Assembly (NCBI RefSeq): GCF_004010195.1
Contig: NC_057718.1
Location: 23,828,135-23,892,134 of the forward strand
Source: Chiloscyllium plagiosum
Taxonomy: Eukaryota
Length of the DNA stretch: 64,000 bases
Reading direction: 5' to 3'
Within the stretch, counting starts at the first letter, position 1. Every line of letters starts with the position of its first letter. The notes under the pieces are model-generated. The model did not search any database. It saw only the letters and a list, made by a program, of their open reading frames with translations, and was not told the origin of the DNA. Positions 25,305 through 36,914 of the stretch are shown here, piece after piece. The translations under genes were made by a program, and so were the position numbers.

Positions 25305-25770
25305 AATAATACTCAAGAAGCTTGACACCATCCAGCTCAAAGCACCATTTGATTGGCACAGCATCCACAAGCATCCATTCCCTCCACTACTGAAGCTCAG
25401 TAGCAGCAGTGTGTACTATCTTCAAGATGCACTGCAGAAATTCACCCAAGATCCTCAGACAGTACCTTCCAAACCCACACCCATTTCCATCGAGAAGGGC
25501 AAGGGCAGCAGATATATGGGAACACCACCATCTTCAAGTTCCCCTCCAAGCCACTCACCATCCTGACTTGGAAATATATCGTTATTCCTTCACTTTCCCT
25601 GGGTCAAAATCCTGGTATTCCCTTCCCAATTAGTATTGTAGGTCAACCCACAGCAGGTGGACTGCAGCTGTTCAAGACAGCAGCTCACCACCACCTTTTC
25701 AAAGGGCATCTAGGGACAGGACAATAAATGCTGTCCCAGCCAGCACACCCCACAAATGACTAAATAAAAG
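25305..25770 (+). mobile_element. 3' end of the second CR1-like LINE family, inserted in the Gypsy integrase
   Basis: 'LKKLDTIQ', 'GSKSWYSLPN'; tail 'aagggcatctagggacaggacaataaatgctg'. Confidence 0.8.
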
Positions 25771-26524
25771 CAAAATAGTTGCTGCAAAGTAGTAACAGTG
25801 AGTGATAAAGTCAAGGTGAAAAGACAAAATGTCATTTTGATAAAACTACCAAACCATCCCCAGAGTTGAGTATTGGACAGCCAGTTAGGAAGCAAACATT
25901 TGATAATCTCAACAATAGTCAGCCCAGGTGGCAACTTGTGACCTCCATGGAACAGTTTTCACTTTAGGCATACATGGTGGAGATGAATGACCAGTTTCAC
26001 TATCACAAACACAGGCACCTACACACAGTTGGTGAAGCTTTTCTGCAACTGTGAGCAGCTGATCAGGAAGGTGAGATCTCATTATCTGCACAGGTCCGCA
26101 TGTCAACAATCAGACCCCGAGGTCCACAATAATCCAACAATGGAAACAAAACACTAACAGATACCACAGCAACAACAAAACAATGCAGGAATGATATCCA
26201 CCCCCCGCCAAACCCAAGAAGGAATATCACAGAGATGAATAGCTCACAACAACTTGCACAAGTACCGTTAAGAGACCAGAGCATTTTGAAGGTTATCTGT
26301 AGACTGCATCTGCAGAGGCTGATAAGAATAATGAATTGCTAATGCACAATCATAGTCACGTGTCAGGTAATTCGAATGATTCATGTTGCATGCAAATTTG
26401 TCTTTTTTGTTCTTGTATATGTTGTGAAAAGGGGAATGTTTGGATTGAAATGCATTCATACGCAGTTGCCTTTCCTGGACAGCTTTATTCATGCGACCTC
26501 TGCCATAAGGTGAACACAAACTGG

Positions 26525-26733
26525 AAGTTAAAAATCACACAACACCAGGTTATAGTCCAACAGGTTTATTTGGAAGTATTAGCTTTCAGAGCACTGCTCC
26601 TTCATCAGGTATCTGATGAAGGAGCAGCGCTCTGAAAACTAATACTTGCAAACAAACTTGTTGGACAATAACCTGGTGTTGTGTGATTTTTAACTTTGTC
26701 CACCCCAGTCCAACACCGACTCCTCCACATCAC
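26525..26733 (+). mobile_element. PLE-derived palindromic element with two head-to-head hammerhead cores
   Basis: Inverted arms 26525-26609/26612-26696; tcatcag 26602-26608 and ctgatga 26613-26619; unique 3' tail; TSD actggaagt 26520-26528/26734-26742. Confidence 0.88.
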
Positions 26734-27184
26734 ACTGGAAGTGGCTATTTTACATGCACTTCAATAAAGGCATGATAAGGACAAGGCTCCCGTGATTTGT
26801 TTCTCTAACAACAATCTCCAAGAATCTTTTTATATCCAGTCCCGATTACTATGGGAACCAGGTACTGTCTCCAAACAAAATTCTCTTTGTAGACTCTGCT
26901 CTATGAATTTGTATGTGTGGCACATTGTTCGCAACACACGTAGATAAACTTGAGGATGATTGCATGTTGAAAACAGTACACATTTGGGAATGTTTCCACA
27001 TTGCGCAAACCAAATCAACATTGCTCCTGATGCCAATATGGGTATCTCATCTAATGATATAAAAGGAAAGGTGCCACTAATTTCAAGATCAACTTCACAA
27101 AAGAAATTGATTGGCTACTTGATGTTTTGCTAATTATACACTATTAACATAAAAAATCTTTTTAATCTTATTCAATGACACAAT

Positions 27185-27530
27185 TTACATTTAAACACAG
27201 AGCTATTATCAATATGTAAGGAGACATTAGGACAGACACCAAATGTTTGGTCAATGAAGTAGGTTTTATGTTGCATTCTAAAGGAGAAAAGAGAAAGGGA
27301 TGGAAAGGTAGAAGGAGGCAATTCTGAAGCTTGAAGCGAGGTACTTGAAGGTACAGCCTTCAATGATGGAGTAGTTAATATTTGATGATGTTCGTAAGCC
27401 GGAATAGAAGAAAGACTGATAGCTTAGGGCATTATGGGACTGATGGGGGTTACAAGGGAAAAAAACCATGGAGGGTTTTAAAACAAGGACAAGAATTTTA
27501 AAGCTGTGATGTTGTCTAACCAGGAACATC
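27185..27530 (-). mobile_element. L2-type 3' end
   Basis: Reverse complement resembles 1100-1400 and 33120-33500. Confidence 0.6.
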
Positions 27531-27665
27531 GGAAAGCAGTCAGGAATGCTTCAGAGAATAATAAGTAAAGATAGTAAAGGCATAAGAGGGTTTGGCTATG
27601 AGTGTACTGAGGCAGGAGTGGAGTTAAGCAATTTTATGAACAAAGGTTGACTCTTTCAACAAGTC

Positions 27666-27827
27666 TTTGAGGAGAAAGTGAGGTCTGCAGATGCTGGAGA
27701 TCAGAGCTGAAAATGTGTTGCTGGAAAAGCGCAGCAGGTCAGGCAGCATCCAGGGAAACATCGATTCTCCTGTTCCCTGGATGCTGCCTGACCTGCTGCG
27801 CTTTTCCAGCAACACATTTTCAGCTCT
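27666..27827 (-). mobile_element. PLE-derived fold-back element with perfect 55-bp arms and 15-bp TSD
   Basis: Arms 27703-27757/27773-27827; TSD ctctttcaacaagtc 27651-27665/27824-27838. Confidence 0.92.
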
Positions 27828-28444
27828 TTCAACAAGTCGTTGGACTGTTTTGTCATGGTGCCCATGGAGACCAATAATGTAAAAAAAAACTTCTCATCTG
27901 AATAAAAAATGATGCACAAGATTTCACTTTATAAAACTTTTACTGAAATCATGAAACCAAAATCAACATAACTTAAACAGGAAATAACAGCCAAGTTGTA
28001 CTCAGTAGAAACTATATATTTCACTTTAAATCATGTACAGATTGGGTCTATCAACAGCCCTCACCCAAAAAAAGCAAGTTTTGAAATCAACAGCTACTTT
28101 GACTTACGTGATCAAATTTACTTCTGCCAATAAAATACTAACAGAGGTTTGAAGAACTTTGAATGTTATGCCCTTATTAATTTATTTTCAGCTTTACTCA
28201 TCAATGGTTTACTTGAACAGATTTTCAGAAATTGAGCATCATTCTCTCCTGAATAATATTTTGAGTATTTAACAAAGACCCATCAGGAACTGAATTAACA
28301 TTAACATTCATGGACTCTTCATCAACCAGGTTCAATTCTCTGCTATTAAATAGCAATTCAGCTCCACAGAACACCCTCTCGCTATAACCTGAAAATGAGG
28401 CATATTCAAATATAGTAATAATTTGGTTCAAAACAACACTGTGA

Positions 28445-28715
28445 TAGTGATGACATCATAAATTTTTATATCAGTGATGCTAGTTGAGGAGAAATTCCCA
28501 CCTCTTATTCTAGTAGTTCCATGACAGTTTGGAACAACCTGAAAAGCAGGAACAGGCTACCGTTTAATGACTCACTTAAAAGATGGCATCTCCAACAGTT
28601 AAGCCAACTCTATCTCTGAAGTGCAGTTGAGTGTGAATTTAGATCCTGGAGTGGGACTTGAAGGCTTAAACCTTTAAGTTCAGAGACTGGTGTACTACCA
28701 CTTAACCTTTCTCTA
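28445..28715 (-). mobile_element. Deu-domain SINE (old)
   Basis: 'gtttaatgactcacttaaaagatggcatctccaacag...ggagtgggacttgaa' is the reverse of the Deu core and B box. Confidence 0.6.
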
Positions 28716-29263
28716 ATGCACCATTTCCCAATTGACGAGCTAACCAGGCAATCCTACTACCAGACTTGCTGCAATGCTATCAAATTCTCTATTATGCTTC
28801 ACCTTTTGATTCACTGGTCACTGTTTGGGAAAACTGTATACCAAAAAACAAATAAAAGTGTAATCTTGTGCTGATCAACTGATTGTGCTTATTCAAACTG
28901 TAGATAGTTGCTTTGTTTCAGAGTCTTACTGTTTTGAAGTAGTGCATGCCCATTACACTGACATAAACATGATGACGCATTTCCCTTGCAGCATATTAAA
29001 TATTGATTTGTTGCTCATTTTGTATTTGTCACCATTAATTTTTAAATATATCATGGAAGGTTTTGTAGTATCCATTGCCTAGAAATGTTTCCATTCTGCA
29101 AAAATGAATGATTCTATTACAGAGTGGAATTTTAAAAGGGTAAAGATATTTAACTCACTGTTGATAATCAGGCTGATGAATATTTTTTGTCAGAAATTCT
29201 GAAGGCATGATTATTACACAGGCTGGGTATGAGAGATAACTACCTAGTGGTTTAATTGAGATT

Positions 29264-29445
29264 GGGAGAAAGTGAGGGCTGCAGATGCTGGAGATCAAAG
29301 TTTAGAGTGTAGTGCTGGAGAAGATTAACGCACATGGACTTTAAGACCATAAGATGTAAAAGCAGAAGTAGGCCATTTGGCCCATCAAGTCCACCCCACC
29401 ATTCAATGAGAACATGAATGATCTGATAATCCTCAACTCCACTTT
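29264..29445 (-). mobile_element. PLE terminus followed by a CR1 3' tail
   Basis: 'ggagaaagtgagggctgcagatgctggag' as at 27671, then 'taagaccataagat...gtaggccatt'. Confidence 0.7.
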
Positions 29446-31629
29446 GATGTAGGGACACTCCACATGGACTGTCCCACTTTCTAAGCCCACTTCGAGGCTT
29501 TAGAGGCAGAAAATGCTGGAAAAACACAGCAGCTCTGAAAACATCAGTGGAGAGAAACCAAGGTAAATGGTCCAAACCATCCAATCTGGGTTGCGATCCC
29601 ATTTCTGACCCAGAAGAGACAAAACAAGTTACCCAATTATCTTTGGATGTTTTTTCTGAGCAAATGCCCTGGCCATATGTCTTCCCAGCAGATACAGCAC
29701 ACGGCAATCTGGAATAACCACGTAGGTAGCTGTAGATCAGATCAGCACTGAAACCGCAATCCTTTGTTAGGGCATTAGCTGTCATAGTCAATGTTGAATG
29801 CCATGTTGACAGCTACTAAGAGAACATAAGTGTTTAAGGAAAGTGAGGGAGTTGGAAGGCAGTTGGGTGTTGAGAGGCATAGAGTGCTAAATCAATGAGG
29901 GGGCGGGGTATGAGTTGGGTGTTAGGGTGCCAGTTAGGTTGGAAGCTAAAGCTGGCGGGTGAGTGGGGAGCGGTTCAGGTGGCAGATGGGTGAGGGGCTA
30001 GTGTGTTAGGTGGGTGAAGGCATACAGGTGTCAGGTGAGTGGGTTGCCATGAATTTGGATGGGAGAGGTACATGTGCAAAGTGGGGGAGAGGATAGGATG
30101 GCTACTGGATGGAAGGGAGAGGGTGGCAGGAAAGTTGGTGAGGACATATGGTGAGTCAGGAGTTGTCAGGCCAGAGAAGGGGGCAGCTGAGTACTCTCAT
30201 GGCCTGTCCAGTCAGTTGGATTAATCAGGATTCACCAGTAGTTGCCAGGAAATGTCTAGTATGGGAGTCAGGGAAGTGGGATGGGATCGGTCCAATTGTG
30301 CTGTGGAAATCGGAGTGGGAGATGGGGGCATCAAGTCCAGGGATTTCAAGAGGGATTTGGGACTTAGGAAGTAGTCAGCGAGATGTCTGCATGGTCCCAT
30401 TGCACACCTCCAGTCCACATTTCAGTTATGACTCTCTTTCAATATTTCAAGTCAACGTTTTTTTATTAGTACTGAATATATAGATACAACATTTTTACAA
30501 CAAGTATAAAGGAAGAGAAAGGGAAGGAAGTAGGAAAAAAATCAAACGCATGGCTTGAGATAGGGCAGAAGACAGTTTGATGAAAGAGATAACAGTGCAA
30601 GACAGAACTGGGCTGTCAAGGGACAAATAAAACGAAATCAACAGATTTGTCTAGTGGACACATTATGAGAAAAAAAATGGACAATTTGACCAAAGGTTAA
30701 CTTCCAAAAAGATGTGGGTCAGAGCTAATGATCTGAAATTGGTGAACTCAGTTTTGAGCCTGGAAGGATGAAGTGCAATTTCTTTGACTTGGTATCTGTC
30801 CAAGGTCAGTAGTGAGATTGAATCATCCAGGAACTTTGTTTTTAACTTCTTCAGATCAGTTTTAGTTTTACAACAAAGAAAAAGCACTTGGAATTCAACT
30901 CCCAGCGTGTGCGACTGTGGCCACTACTCCTAGATTACATGTTACTCCTGGATTACAGCTCGCTCCTGTTTGGCACGATTGGAAAAAAGCCTAGTCAACT
31001 GAATATTGATGCAAACTGCAAATGAACTGGGCTGTTCATTTCTCGTGGGTCTGTTTTGTCCGTTGTGTTGCCAGGATTTAGTCTTTTACTTTTGATACTG
31101 TGATTTCCTAATTGGTTCAACAGACAGGTTGTAGATATAAGGTGTGTCAGCTTGCTGTAAGTGCTTTCTACTAACGTAGATAGAGCTGAATGTCTTCTTG
31201 ACGGATATACCATCTCTTAAGAGAACATAAAAATCATAATATGTTTTCTAATCAGATAATCTGCACTCAACCTAATGTTAGTTCAGTAGTTATACAAATA
31301 TATTGCTACTTGTAAATTGCAGGCCCTGCTGAAGAATGCTGGATAGTGACTGGGGCTGGGATAGGTGCTAGTGGAAGGCTTATTTTTTGTTGTAGTGCAA
31401 TTAATGCACTTTGTCACTCGTAGAAGCAAATATTTCTTAATGAGACAACATTTACGTTCTGGACAGCTCATTCAGTGTGACAGCATGTGACAGGAATTAA
31501 ACACTGTCAATATTGACTGGAACTGAGGAATCACTTTCAGTTGAACCTTATGGGTAGTATTATACCCCTCTCCAGCCAGAAAGCCTGGAGGCCCATGCTC
31601 AAGGTCCTAACCACAATCTTACACTGTTT

Positions 31630-32125
31630 GCAGGGAACACTGTATGCAGGGAACACTGGGTGCAGGGAACACTGGGTGCAGGGAACACTATGCAGGGAGC
31701 ACTGGGAGCAGGGAATACTGTAGGAAGGGAACATTGGGTGCTGGGAACACTGGGTGCAGGGAACACTGTATGCAATGAACACTGCGAGCAGGGAAAACTG
31801 AGCAGGGAACACTGGGTGCAGGGGGCACCGAGATCAGGGAACACTGGGTGCAGGGAACACTGTGAGCAGAGAACATTTTTTTGGAGGGTAAAAAGCAAAT
31901 TACTATGGATGCTGGAATCTGAAACCAAAAGAGAAACTGCTGGAAAATCTCAGCAGGTTTGCCAGCATCTGTAAGGAGAGAAAAGAGCTGACATTTCAAG
32001 TCTAACTGACCCTTTGACAAAACTGCCAGACCTGCTGAGATTTTCCAGCATTTTCTGTCCTGGTGGAGGGAACCCTGTGAGCAGGGAACACTGGGTGCAG
32101 GGACACATTGGGTGCAGGGAATACT
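31630..32125 (+). repeat. 16-bp minisatellite (gcagggaacactgggt)n split by a PLE hairpin
   Basis: About 15 units at 31630-31870 and about 4 more after 32062. Confidence 0.92.
31888..32060 (-). mobile_element. PLE-derived fold-back element
   Basis: Arms tgctggaaaatctcagcaggtttg / cagacctgctgagattttccagca. Confidence 0.8.
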
Positions 32126-32134
32126 GGAAATAGC

Positions 32135-32310
32135 ATTAACATTTGGAGCAATGTTAATATAGAGAGTAGTTAATGTTGGGAGCAATGTGAAGATGAGGAA
32201 CATGTTAATGCTGGTTGCAATGTTTATGGTGGGAGCAGTCTAAGCACTGGGAAAAATATTGATGCTGAGTCCAGTCTAATGCTGCAAGCAGTGTTAATGC
32301 AAGGAGCACC
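32135..32310 (+). repeat. Degenerate ~18-bp tandem repeat (ttaatgytgggagcaatg)
   Basis: Recurring 'gagcaatgttaat' units. Confidence 0.65.
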
Positions 32311-32444
32311 TCATGGATTCCACATTGTAAGCTGCTCGATCTATACTGAACCTTATCAATTTACACACAATATGGAGGAAGGTGTACTCAAAATAAAAAT
32401 GGGACATATCTCCGCAAGGACTGTGCAGTAGTTATCGAATCGAT

Positions 32445-32790
32445 ACAGGCAGTTTAGTGGTTAGCATTGTTCCCTCATTGTACAAGAGACCCAGGTTTGA
32501 TTCCAGCCTTGGGTGACTGTGTGGAGTTTGTACATTCTCCCTGTGTCTGTGTGGGTTTCCTCCAGTGCTCTGGTTTCCTCCCACAATCCAAAGATGTGCA
32601 GGTTAGAGTGAATTGGCCAAGCTAAATTGCTCTGTTGTGTTCAGAGCTGTGCATGCTAGGTGGGTTAGCCATGGGAAATGTGGGGCTTATGGGGAAAGGG
32701 TAGAGTGGCTGGATCTGGGTGAGATGCACTTTGGAGGGTTGGTGTGGACATGATGGACTGTATGGCCTCTCTCTGCACTGTAGGGATTCT
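32445..32790 (+). mobile_element. HE1-like SINE
   Basis: V-domain 'tggagtttgtacattctccctgtgtctg' and tail 'gcactgtagggattct'. Confidence 0.88.
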
Positions 32791-33079
32791 ATTATTCTTC
32801 TGCAGATAGATGGCTATGATCGTTATATTGGTGAGGATAAGGTCTAATAAGCTTTCCCTCTTGTTGGTTTCCTTGCAAGCTGCTGCAGACACTAGTTAGC
32901 AGTTATGTCCTTCAGGATCTGACCAGCTCAGTCGACAGTGGTTCCCATCACAGTGTATTCCATTCTTGCCACCTTCAGTGCACACTGCAGGGGACTCCAA
33001 CATGGATGAGTGATTCATCAACTGGAAGTCAAATAAATCTAAGCTACGTATATCTTAATACACAGAGAGTCCCATTCAC

Positions 33080-33520
33080 CTGACATCCCTCTCTTCACTT
33101 CATTATCTTGTCTGCTGTTGAGCAAGCCTAGATTTCAAAATTCTCCTCTTATTTTTCAAATTCCCATGTGGCCTTTCCCTTTCATCTGTCTGTAAGCTCC
33201 TCCAGTCATACAACCTCCAAGCTTCCTGCATCTCTCCAATTCTGACCTCTTGCACAGCTCCAATTTTCATCATCCACCATTGGTGGGCTGAGCCTTCAGG
33301 ACCTACACTCCTGTATAGTTACTCCTTCAATCTCTCCAAAACACTTTGGCAATTTTTCAGTCTTCCAAATGCTCTTTGAAACCTACTTCAATGACCAAAG
33401 CTTTGGTTACTGGCCTAATATCTCCATATATGGCTAGGCGTCAAATATTGTTTGATAATACACGTACAAAGGATCTAGGGAAGTCTCGCTGTGTTAAAGG
33501 TGCCATCTAGATGGAAATCG
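33080..33520 (+). mobile_element. L2-type 3' end
   Basis: 'ccaccattggtgg...acctacttcaatgaccaaagcttt...gttaaaggtgc'. Confidence 0.6.
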
Positions 33521-34127
33521 TTCTTGATTCCTTCAATTTATTTTTCAAGTAGTCACTTGGCCAATCAAATATGTATAAAAATAAGACAGTGCAATCTGTA
33601 AGAAAATTGTAAAAACAATTCTGTGTCCCTCATACCTTGGATGAGATGCTGCAGTTGAGAATTTTAAGGCCCTTGTTTTCCAGGAGTTAAAATATCCCAG
33701 ACTTCTACTTGCTGGAGCGTATAGTTTTATATTTTGATAATAATAGGAATAACAGTTGCCAAGGGAATCAATTTGACATCATTGTACATATTTATAATGG
33801 AAGTTTGGATGCTGCCACAAATTCACATAAATAGGATCATTGAGCAGTGTTTTTCATGAGTAAGCCATTATTATGGACAGCTGTTTATACATGACTGGTA
33901 TAACGTCTGTAAGCTCCTCCAGTCATCAACTTCCAAGCTATTTTCATCTCTCCAATTCTGGGGATGGTAGCTTTGAGAAGGTTACCAGTTAACTCCATCA
34001 GTAACAGGTTGTTAGAGCAAAAATGACATTGATTACAATTCTCTGTGTCATGTGTCCTTGTTTTTCTTATTGTGCACTTGCTACCATTTTTGGTTTGACT
34101 CCATGAAATACTCATCAATTAAAAGGT

Positions 34128-34400
34128 TGAGGTCTTGTGGTGCAGTAGGTATTGTCCCTGTTTCTGAGCTAGAGGTTCAGGTTCACATTTCATTCTAGGA
34201 CTTGTTGGCTCCAGAAGGTGTGTTCGTAATGCTGATTATCAACCTCTAATTCCTTCTAAATGCCTGTCACATACAGTAGGAGTGGGAAAATCTCTAGGCC
34301 ATCCACACTTGATGTGGAATGGCACTCCTCAAATGATAAGCTGATGACTTCTTCCAGGAGATGTCACATAAGCATGTGCTTTGTCTGCCTCATGCATGTC
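34128..34400 (+). mobile_element. Old tRNA-derived SINE (unnamed family)
   Basis: A-box-like 'tggtgcagtagg' and B-box-like 'ggttcacat'. Confidence 0.45.
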
Positions 34401-34469
34401 TAGATGTGGAAGCTGTCAAAGCTGAAGGGTGGGTGGAGTAAAATACCTGCTGAACCTAATCCATCCTGT

Positions 34470-34660
34470 AAAATGTTGGAAACACTTAGGTCAGGCAGCA
34501 TCTGTGGAGAGGGAAATAGAGCTAACCTTCCAGCCAGGCTCAACTGGTAATGTTAATTCCATTTTCCTGGTTCTGATGAAAAGTCACCAACATGAAACAT
34601 TAACTCTGTATCTGCCTGCAAAGACGTTGTCTGTACTGCTGAATGATTCTAGTATTCATA
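34470..34660. mobile_element. PLE-derived fold-back element with a decayed HHR
   Basis: gtt-ctgatga-aaagtcaccaacat-gaaa-catt-aac at 34570-34604: core and stem I intact, stem II eroded. Confidence 0.7.
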
Positions 34661-34699
34661 CTGGTTCACTCTATCTGCTGCCAACAAACAGGAACAGAA

Positions 34700-36050
34700 T
34701 ATAAGACCAGAAGACATAGGAACAGAAATTAGGCCATTCAGCCCATTGAGTCTGCTCCACCATTCAGTCATGGCTGATAAATTTCTTGACCACATTCTAC
34801 CCGCTTTCTCCCTGTAACTCTTGATACTCAAGAACTTTTCTATCTCAGTCTTAAATATACTCAATAACCTGGCCTCCACAACATTCTGTGGCAACTATTT
34901 CCATAGACTCACCTCTCTCTGGCTGAAGACGTTCCTCCTTATCTCTGTTCTAAAAGGTCTTCCCCTTTTCTAAGGCTATGATGTCGGGTCATAGTCTCTC
35001 CTCCCAATGAAAACATCTTCCCAACATCCAGGCCATTCAGTATTCTGTATGTTTCAATTTAATCCCCCCATATCCTTTGAAACTCCATCGAGTATAAACC
35101 CAGAGTCCTAAACCCAGAGTCCTCAAAATCATTCTGGTGAACCTCCTCTAAACGTGCTCCAGGGCCAGTATATCCTTCTTGAGATATGGGGTCCAAAGCT
35201 GTGCAGTCAGACCAGAGCCTTATAGAGCCTCAGATGTACATCCCTGCTTTTATATTCAAGTCTTGTCAAAATAAATACCATCATTACATTTGCCTTCCTA
35301 ACAACTGACTCAACCTGCAAGTTTACCTTGAGAGAATCCTGAACTCGAACTCCCAAGTCTCTTTGCACTTCAGACTTCTGAATTTTCTGCCCACTTAGAA
35401 AACAGTCCATGCCTCAATTCTTCCTACCAAAGTGTATGACCTCACACTAGCCCACATTGTACTCCATCTGACACTTCTTTCCCCACTTATCTGTCCAAAT
35501 CCTTCTGCAGCCTCCCCACCTTGTGAATACTACCTATCCCTCTACCTATTTTTGTATCATCCACAAACTTTGCCCAAATGCCCTCAGTTTCTTCATTTAG
35601 ATCATTACTGTAAAAAGTGAAAAGTTGTGGTCCCAACAGTGAGCCTTGCAGAACACCATTTGTCACTGGCTGCCATCCTGAGAAGGATCTTTTATCCTCA
35701 CTGTCAGCTTGCTGCCAGACAGCCAAGGCTCTATCCATGCTAGCACCTCCGACATCTTGGGCACTTATCTTACTTAGTAGCCTCCTGTGTGGCACCTTGT
35801 CAAAGGCCTCTTTGAAGTCCAGGTAGATAACATCCATTGGCTCTCCTTGGTCTAACCTGCTCATTACCTCCTCAAAGAATTCTAGCAAGTTTGTCAGGCA
35901 CGACCTCCCCTTGATGAAACCATGCTGACTTTGCTGTATTTTACTATACACTTCAAATATTCAGAAATCTCATCTTTCACAATGGATTCCAGGATCTTAC
36001 CCATGACTGAGTTTAGGCCAATCGGTCTGTAATTTTCCATCTTTTACCTT
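34700..36050 (-). mobile_element. CR1 LINE (RT to 3' end, with deletions)
   Basis: ORF 35487-35951 QHGFIKGRSCLTNLLEFFE...LDFKEAFDKVPH...KFVDDTK. Confidence 0.93.
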
Positions 36051-36914
36051 ACATCAGTGATGTTCTCGTTAACTAACCATCTCTCTTTATTGCCCCACCT
36101 GTCTTACTGTCCCATTTCCCTTCCTGTCCCATTGCTGCTCTGATGGCCACTTTGCTCAGAGAGTGAGGCAGCACTTGATGTATGAAAGGCTCTATGTGAG
36201 AGCTTCCCTAGAACGATGTTATCGGACTCCCTATATAGAAAACAGAGCTTTAAAAAATTAAGGCAAATTAATTGAAATTCCCAATGCGTTGAATCTGATA
36301 TGGGGAGGGAGGTACTTTGACAACCCTGGCTTGACATACAAGGAAAGTGTCCAGATGCAGTGACTCTGTGTTGTCAATGGGAGTGACGTCACTGGCATTA
36401 CAGGGTTCAACTTCTTGGGAGGTGAGTTCACCCCTGCTGATGTGCCGCCAGCAAACACAGCTTTAAAACATTTGTCTCAATGATACTTCCCATTTATAAA
36501 CTGTGTGCAATAGCTTGACGCAGAGGAACGCTCTCAAAGAGCCTTTGCATATTTAATATCACACTTTATTAGCCAGTTGGGTGGGAACAGAGTGGCAGGG
36601 CCTGGTGAATTGGACAACAAAGTGATCAGTGATTGAGATGGTAAGGGTGTGGCAATTGAGATGGCGATGGGGAGGCATCAATGAATATGAAACAATGTCA
36701 GTCGCACGATTGTTTCTGCTGGAGTGTGGTATCATTGTACAGTGATGATGCCAGCAGCAACATCTCCTGTCCCAGTGTGTTTGTCAGGAGTAATTGTGTT
36801 CTATTTAAGATTTGTAGCATTCTCAATATTTTACGTTACTTTTGTTAACAAACAATTCAATTTGGACACTGGGCAGCTTTGCTAATCATGGGAAAGAAGA
36901 GTATTATCCAATGA

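Larger units (their letters stand above)
23953..26813 (+). mobile_element. Decayed Ty3/Gypsy LTR retrotransposon (RT end, RNase H, integrase, PPT, 3' LTR)
   Basis: 'PVLKHCNVNDEVTLQWDTSETGLGANL', 'PWKKLAVGLF...IDYYSNY', 'ISNKCPQFTSEEF'; PPT gaaaaggggaa 26426-26436; LTR tgtt(26437)...aaca with AATAAA at 26763. Confidence 0.85.

Noticed and set aside
26525..27827. Treating the palindromes as DNA-transposon MITEs
   Set aside because: They have asymmetric one-sided tails, long variable TSDs and HHR cores like that in the Penelope pLTR.
28225..28431. 68-aa protein-like ORF
   Set aside because: Non-ATG start, no recognised domain and no clear splice sites.
29820..30400. G-rich stretch as a promoter or CpG island
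   Set aside because: It has few CpGs and looks like low-complexity or old repeat interior.
31630..32125. CRISPR-like array
   Set aside because: Units are directly tandem with no unique spacers, there are no cas genes, and the context is vertebrate.
36404..36421. Possible 18-nt microexon (cag|...gag|gtgagt)
   Set aside because: No polypyrimidine tract and no other exons to join.
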